Source: a virus
Lineage: Duplodnaviria > Caudoviricetes
Length of the DNA stretch: 60,190 nucleotides
Direction: 5' to 3' (one strand)
Virus record (IMG/VR): IMGVR_UViG_3300046786_000688
Coordinates: 1 to 60,190 of that record
Positions 57,301-60,190 of the stretch are shown piece by piece. Within the stretch, counting starts at the first letter, position 1; each line of letters opens with the position of its first letter. The notes under the pieces are model-generated. The model ran no database searches and was not told the origin of the DNA. It saw only the letters and a program-made list of their open reading frames with translations. The translations under genes were made by a program, and so were the position numbers.

Positions 57301-58036
57301 TGGAAGGAAGTCGTCCTTCTGCTAGAGTTGCAGCTCTGTCGCGCTGCGCATTCATATCGCCACGCGCAGTTGGAAGCGTAGCGTCTACCTGTTGGGTACG
57401 CTGCATCTGATTAAAGATATTATCAATCGCAGTTTCGCTACGCTTTAACGCAGAAGCTGCTGGAACAAATCCTCTTAGAGCCGCAAGCTCTGTATCAAGA
57501 GTATCGAGAGCTAAACCTTTTGATAAGTCATAATTTTTAAGCATCTCTCCGCGATTAAATTCGCCAAAAGATTTAGCGAACTCCATCACGTCAGTGAATT
57601 TATACGGAGCAGTCTGTATTGGATCGTACTGAGAAAACGTAGGATTAGGAAACATTCCACCGATGTACCCAGGGTACGAACCAAAATCTCCCATCTGCCC
57701 AGGTTCAAAGTTTGCTGGACCACCTGTGCCTCCAACAGCGCCTTTCATGCTTTCGGAAAGCGAGCCTATGTCTCCACCACGGTACGAATAGTTGGTGTTT
57801 CCTAACTGCTGCTCTTTACCGCCGTAACGAAGAGTTGCTCCTTCTTGTCCGAGAACATCGTTGTCAAATACCCATTGATAACCTTCGTGACCGTAGAATA
57901 CTCCTCCACGCTGGTCGGCTGGAACACCAGTAATAACTCTTCCGTCTGCAAGAGTGATGGTCGGTGCATCGTACTTGTTCGGACTTAAAAGTACTGGCCC
58001 CTTTCTTGTGCTCGGTTTGTAGACTACGCCAGCCAT
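54368..58036 (-). CDS. Internal virion (ejection) protein
   Basis: 1222 aa with Q/N-rich helices, Pro-rich linker and Gly/Ala-rich hydrophobic segments. Confidence 0.6.
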   Translation of the reverse strand: MAGVVYKPSTRKGPVLLSPNKYDAPTITLADGRVITGVPADQRGGVFYGHEGYQWVFDNDVLGQEGATLRYGGKEQQLGNTNYSYRGGDIGSLSESMKGAVGGTGGPANFEPGQMGDFGSYPGYIGGMFPNPTFSQYDPIQTAPYKFTDVMEFAKSFGEFNRGEMLKNYDLSKGLALDTLDTELAALRGFVPAASALKRSETAIDNIFNQMQRTQQVDATLPTARGDMNAQRDRAATLAEGRLPSSIEDRALEVSMRSAAADRAAAGGFGVESSAARKASDLLSAEERLKVSEYGDRLLSSNLTQQANLFLAPTEYSNAGSQINVNPSISPAALINQEFNRMNELTTVSPTNALQTEVQQQQFSTNLEQQNRQFNASNTLQNNQFNATSANNFALSRFNYDAAYANAVSAANQLDINAQLALQQQQQYQDIFKNYLGQAQNSGQISAIAGLIGTLFGNGNVAGIIGDLAEFFGITGGDESKTPTPETSPGGTGTSPGAGQVVVPPGSEPPPNYTPVGTDSSGGTIYAPNEVAAPSPTQTLEPAPGQDEVVPPPRPPESWTVDENGDNTYTTQSARLAPELQASLKSFSSSTGIPLKTFDGKSAAQIQGMAKAANGVLQSAGISNTPSNGMVQAGVDNSGNPVYVSKALYNSNNVKAGSGVSDTLKKVLDPLGVLTSKDSSALDKIGAIASDVAFIDNLNRAHQNGDTKAFTNMILNRFGYPLALSQVENPDNRAGVAAAFTAYNMFNNWDRMSNTQKGLGLANLGIQGFKFGTGYDLGAQPIIEATYDAAGKLVDPGINVGQALSLLGAGYNAYNLIDNWDQYSTIQKVAGAAGSASQMAGIAKELGLLKEGSSVANVLGTAGGVAGVALGAKAVADGWGQGGTRGAVQGGLGGASIVTGLSMLGYSNPYTAAAIIATSVIGNAVQVGKSKDQGARDSVRSHFKENGLVNGEYKIELPDGSTANIGIDGHGGQHDFTNPDLAVGKKRKLNSWDVDYTNDLDYISGMAGIGLARMVGGGAEKAVDQLGNQLGNAGLGKLGFGQKLTKENFDTVMQNQRAMYAKAGIKSKADAYGLSVELLKQGRISQIDAVQMQQAANMMYDNNGYETAQKLMNGRQRGVEVAHQEADKPKPQRVTMETTGRTDFDPRNIPGADKGRTINTVSEKRKTPALVQEAQRRVAAGEGKPAAPKKNYDRNAFKFLGKQEVIEANKKKGIEGWRPNRN

Positions 58037-58037
58037 A

Positions 58038-58415
58038 TCAGTACTGCCTTACCAATTCTCTAATCCATTCAGCTTTTTCACCGATAAGTAAAAATACAAG
58101 CACAGTGAGTAAGCTTAAAATTATTGCACCAAAAACTCGGTACAAAGTTGCATGACTTTTACTGACCTGAGCGAACATGCTTTTAACAGTTTCTACTGGA
58201 ATATGTTCTTTTCCAATAGCGGCTTCTAGGATTTTTTGATTACTGGTTTCAATCTTATCTGCCAGTAAATCAATCGCTATACCCATTCTTGGAAGACACT
58301 CTGAGTTTTGAACTAAAGTTCTCATATCTTTCCTAAGTTCGTGTAAGTTTTCTGCCAGCTCTGCACGATATAAAGTCCAATTATCACCTGCAGGGCACTT
58401 AAAGTTCTCCGACAT
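58038..58415 (-). CDS. C-terminally anchored membrane protein
   Basis: Coiled-coil region followed by TM segment VFGAIILSLLTVLVFLLIG. Confidence 0.55.
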   Translation of the reverse strand: MSENFKCPAGDNWTLYRAELAENLHELRKDMRTLVQNSECLPRMGIAIDLLADKIETSNQKILEAAIGKEHIPVETVKSMFAQVSKSHATLYRVFGAIILSLLTVLVFLLIGEKAEWIRELVRQY

Positions 58416-58436
58416 AACCTTTCCTAAGTTAAGTTA

Positions 58437-59435
58437 TTACCACCAAAAGCCCCGACGTAGCCCACCACCAATTATATTGGATATAGACCCACCGGATGTT
58501 GGTAAGAAAACCTCTATAGGATTCCCGTTTTTTATTTTTTTATGCGAATTTTCTTTATCAATAACACTCTCCAACGCTTTGCCTTTAGCCGCTGCTAAGT
58601 CAGGAGCATTGTTATAGTGCGCATTCACATACTGTCCAGCGAGATTAAGCGCTAGAATATTATCAAACGGGATCAGGTCATTGTCAGCGTACGCTTCCTT
58701 TAGTCGTACACGCCCAAGAATGGAAACCTTAGCATTACAAGTACGCCAGCAGCTTTCTGTTAATTGAAAACGCCTGTACTGTGGAACCTCTTCGAGCGGC
58801 GAATAATCAGCTAAAAAGCCTTTAGTACCTTCTGCAGGATTAACCCAATAGGCTTGCACATAGCCTTTAGTTTTAGATTTAACAACGGCATCGATTCTGG
58901 CAAACATTGCGTTCGTTACTGTCAAGTATCCTTTACGGATAGAAACATATTCACCAGATACCTGCTCACCGTTATGTACAGTGAAAATTTCTCTACCTGT
59001 AGCATCGATACCTTTAACTACTACGTGTGCGCCTTCGTCTTCTTGGCAGGTTCCAATAACACCAAAACGTGCTCCTGCTGACGGGATATTATAAATAGTT
59101 GGATAGTAATTAGGATCTTCGATTAATGCAGTACCGGCAGGCTGACAATCTTCTAGGTACTTTGTCTGATGAAACTCAAACCATCTATCCCAAACAGTTC
59201 CAATGCGATTATCGATTTTAACTTTAAGCGGGGTCTCTAGCTCGTAAGGAAGTGTGATACATCCTTGCTGCGCACAAAAACAAAACTTGTGCTCGTTTCC
59301 GTATTCGCCGGAAATTAGTAAGTACTCAAGGACTTCTCTAACGAATTGATCGACTTCTGGATTAGTGGCGCAGGCTCCACCAGTGCCTACATACCTGGAA
59401 AGTATTTCTTTAGCGCGGCTCCATAAAATTGCCAT
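58437..59435 (-). CDS. Putative head-tail adaptor / tail tubular protein A
   Basis: 332 aa; CITLPYELE segment; upstream of the ejection-protein genes. Confidence 0.5.
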   Translation of the reverse strand: MAILWSRAKEILSRYVGTGGACATNPEVDQFVREVLEYLLISGEYGNEHKFCFCAQQGCITLPYELETPLKVKIDNRIGTVWDRWFEFHQTKYLEDCQPAGTALIEDPNYYPTIYNIPSAGARFGVIGTCQEDEGAHVVVKGIDATGREIFTVHNGEQVSGEYVSIRKGYLTVTNAMFARIDAVVKSKTKGYVQAYWVNPAEGTKGFLADYSPLEEVPQYRRFQLTESCWRTCNAKVSILGRVRLKEAYADNDLIPFDNILALNLAGQYVNAHYNNAPDLAAAKGKALESVIDKENSHKKIKNGNPIEVFLPTSGGSISNIIGGGLRRGFWW

Positions 59436-59455
59436 TGGAGAAAACCATCCTTAAA

Positions 59456-59761
59456 TTAATTCTCCCCGATACCTGGGGTATCGACTACGACAACATCTTC
59501 AGGCTGTGGAAGAGTATTAGGAACCGGCATCTCTCCAAACGAGCCATCTTTAATAACTGCAATCGGTGTGCCAGTTGCATGGTCTACTGGAATGTTCTGT
59601 TCTGGTACGGCAATAGGAGCTTCCTGCTGCGCTTGCACTGTTACAGTGGGCTTAGGGTCAATCATCTTCACAGGAGTTCTCCTTCTACCTACACGTTGAA
59701 ACCGAGTACGGGCGCGGTTCATGCCAGCACGATACTTCTGACCGCATGTAGCGCAACCCAT
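59456..59761 (-). CDS. Small protein with MGCATCG N-terminus and basic/Pro-rich tail
   Basis: ORF in the structural operon. Confidence 0.6.
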   Translation of the reverse strand: MGCATCGQKYRAGMNRARTRFQRVGRRRTPVKMIDPKPTVTVQAQQEAPIAVPEQNIPVDHATGTPIAVIKDGSFGEMPVPNTLPQPEDVVVVDTPGIGEN

Positions 59762-59783
59762 ACTCGGCTCATTACTTTATAAG

Positions 59784-60020
59784 TTATACGGGCAAACAGA
59801 CGCCGTACGACTTGATGAAAGTATCCTTCTCGTTCAATCCATGCGCAGTCATACGCTTGGTCTGAAGAGCTTCTCCGCTTGGGAAAGTGTACTGCTGACC
59901 ATTCGCAAACCAGATTCCGTAATTATAAAACGGAAGTGGAATAGCAGCATACTCACCAGTCTCACCATCGAGAATGGCTTGTTTACCAAGGTTACATAGG
60001 GGCAATAAAACAACACTCAT
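59784..60020 (-). CDS. Hypothetical protein
   Basis: AAGGA SD; 78 aa. Confidence 0.55.
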   Translation of the reverse strand: MSVVLLPLCNLGKQAILDGETGEYAAIPLPFYNYGIWFANGQQYTFPSGEALQTKRMTAHGLNEKDTFIKSYGVCLPV

Positions 60021-60061
60021 ATGGCGTTCCTTTATAAAAATCTAATCAATTACATCTTTCC

Positions 60062-60190
60062 ATTAGGTCTACGATACACCCAAGGATCAAAAGGTTTCTC
60101 AGTTGGAATCGGTTGTCCTTGAAGTTTCTCAGTTACCTCTGGGGGGTAGCCTTCTACAACAGTCATTGCAGGAGGAGGATTGGGCTCGCC
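60062..60190. repeat. Terminal direct repeat, right copy
   Basis: Matches 1-129 with a single mismatch. Confidence 0.95.

Noticed and set aside
42455-57933. Many antisense ORFs of 60-170 aa in the ORF track
   Set aside because: They lie opposite long motif-bearing genes and show no recognisable motifs; treated as shadow ORFs.
1-60190. Alternative genetic code or stop-codon reassignment
   Set aside because: Core genes are full length under the standard code, and TAA, TAG and TGA all occur at tightly packed gene ends.

Overview
The window is an apparently complete ~60 kb dsDNA tailed phage genome with podovirus-like architecture. Positions 60062-60190 repeat 1-129, and a minus-strand ORF reads through that junction, so the contig closes into a circle. 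The minus-strand virion block (about 47.3 kb through the junction to 19.0 kb) encodes ejection proteins (one with an SLT domain), tail tubular proteins, fibre-like proteins, an M15-type peptidase, major capsid protein, scaffold and portal. The large terminase is on the opposite strand. The plus-strand block (22.6-47.3 kb) carries an amidoligase/class II glutamine amidotransferase pair, SNF2 helicase, small membrane and lipoproteins, a metzincin-like protease, N6-adenine methylase, GroES, Cas4-like nuclease, SSB, family A DNA polymerase, two glycosyltransferases with a GH5, and RuvC. An inverted primase-SF3 helicase sits inside this block next to an iteron origin. I saw no integrase, tRNA, CRISPR array or reverse transcriptase. 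The most notable observations are: a ~140 nt multi-branched RNA-like element at 45778-45918 between basic microprotein genes; three consecutive fibre-like genes with apparent signal peptides; a pervasively Cys-rich virion proteome with a shared N-terminal motif; a long hairpin leader on the capsid gene; and the glycan-enzyme cluster. All family calls come from motif recognition by eye, not database searches.
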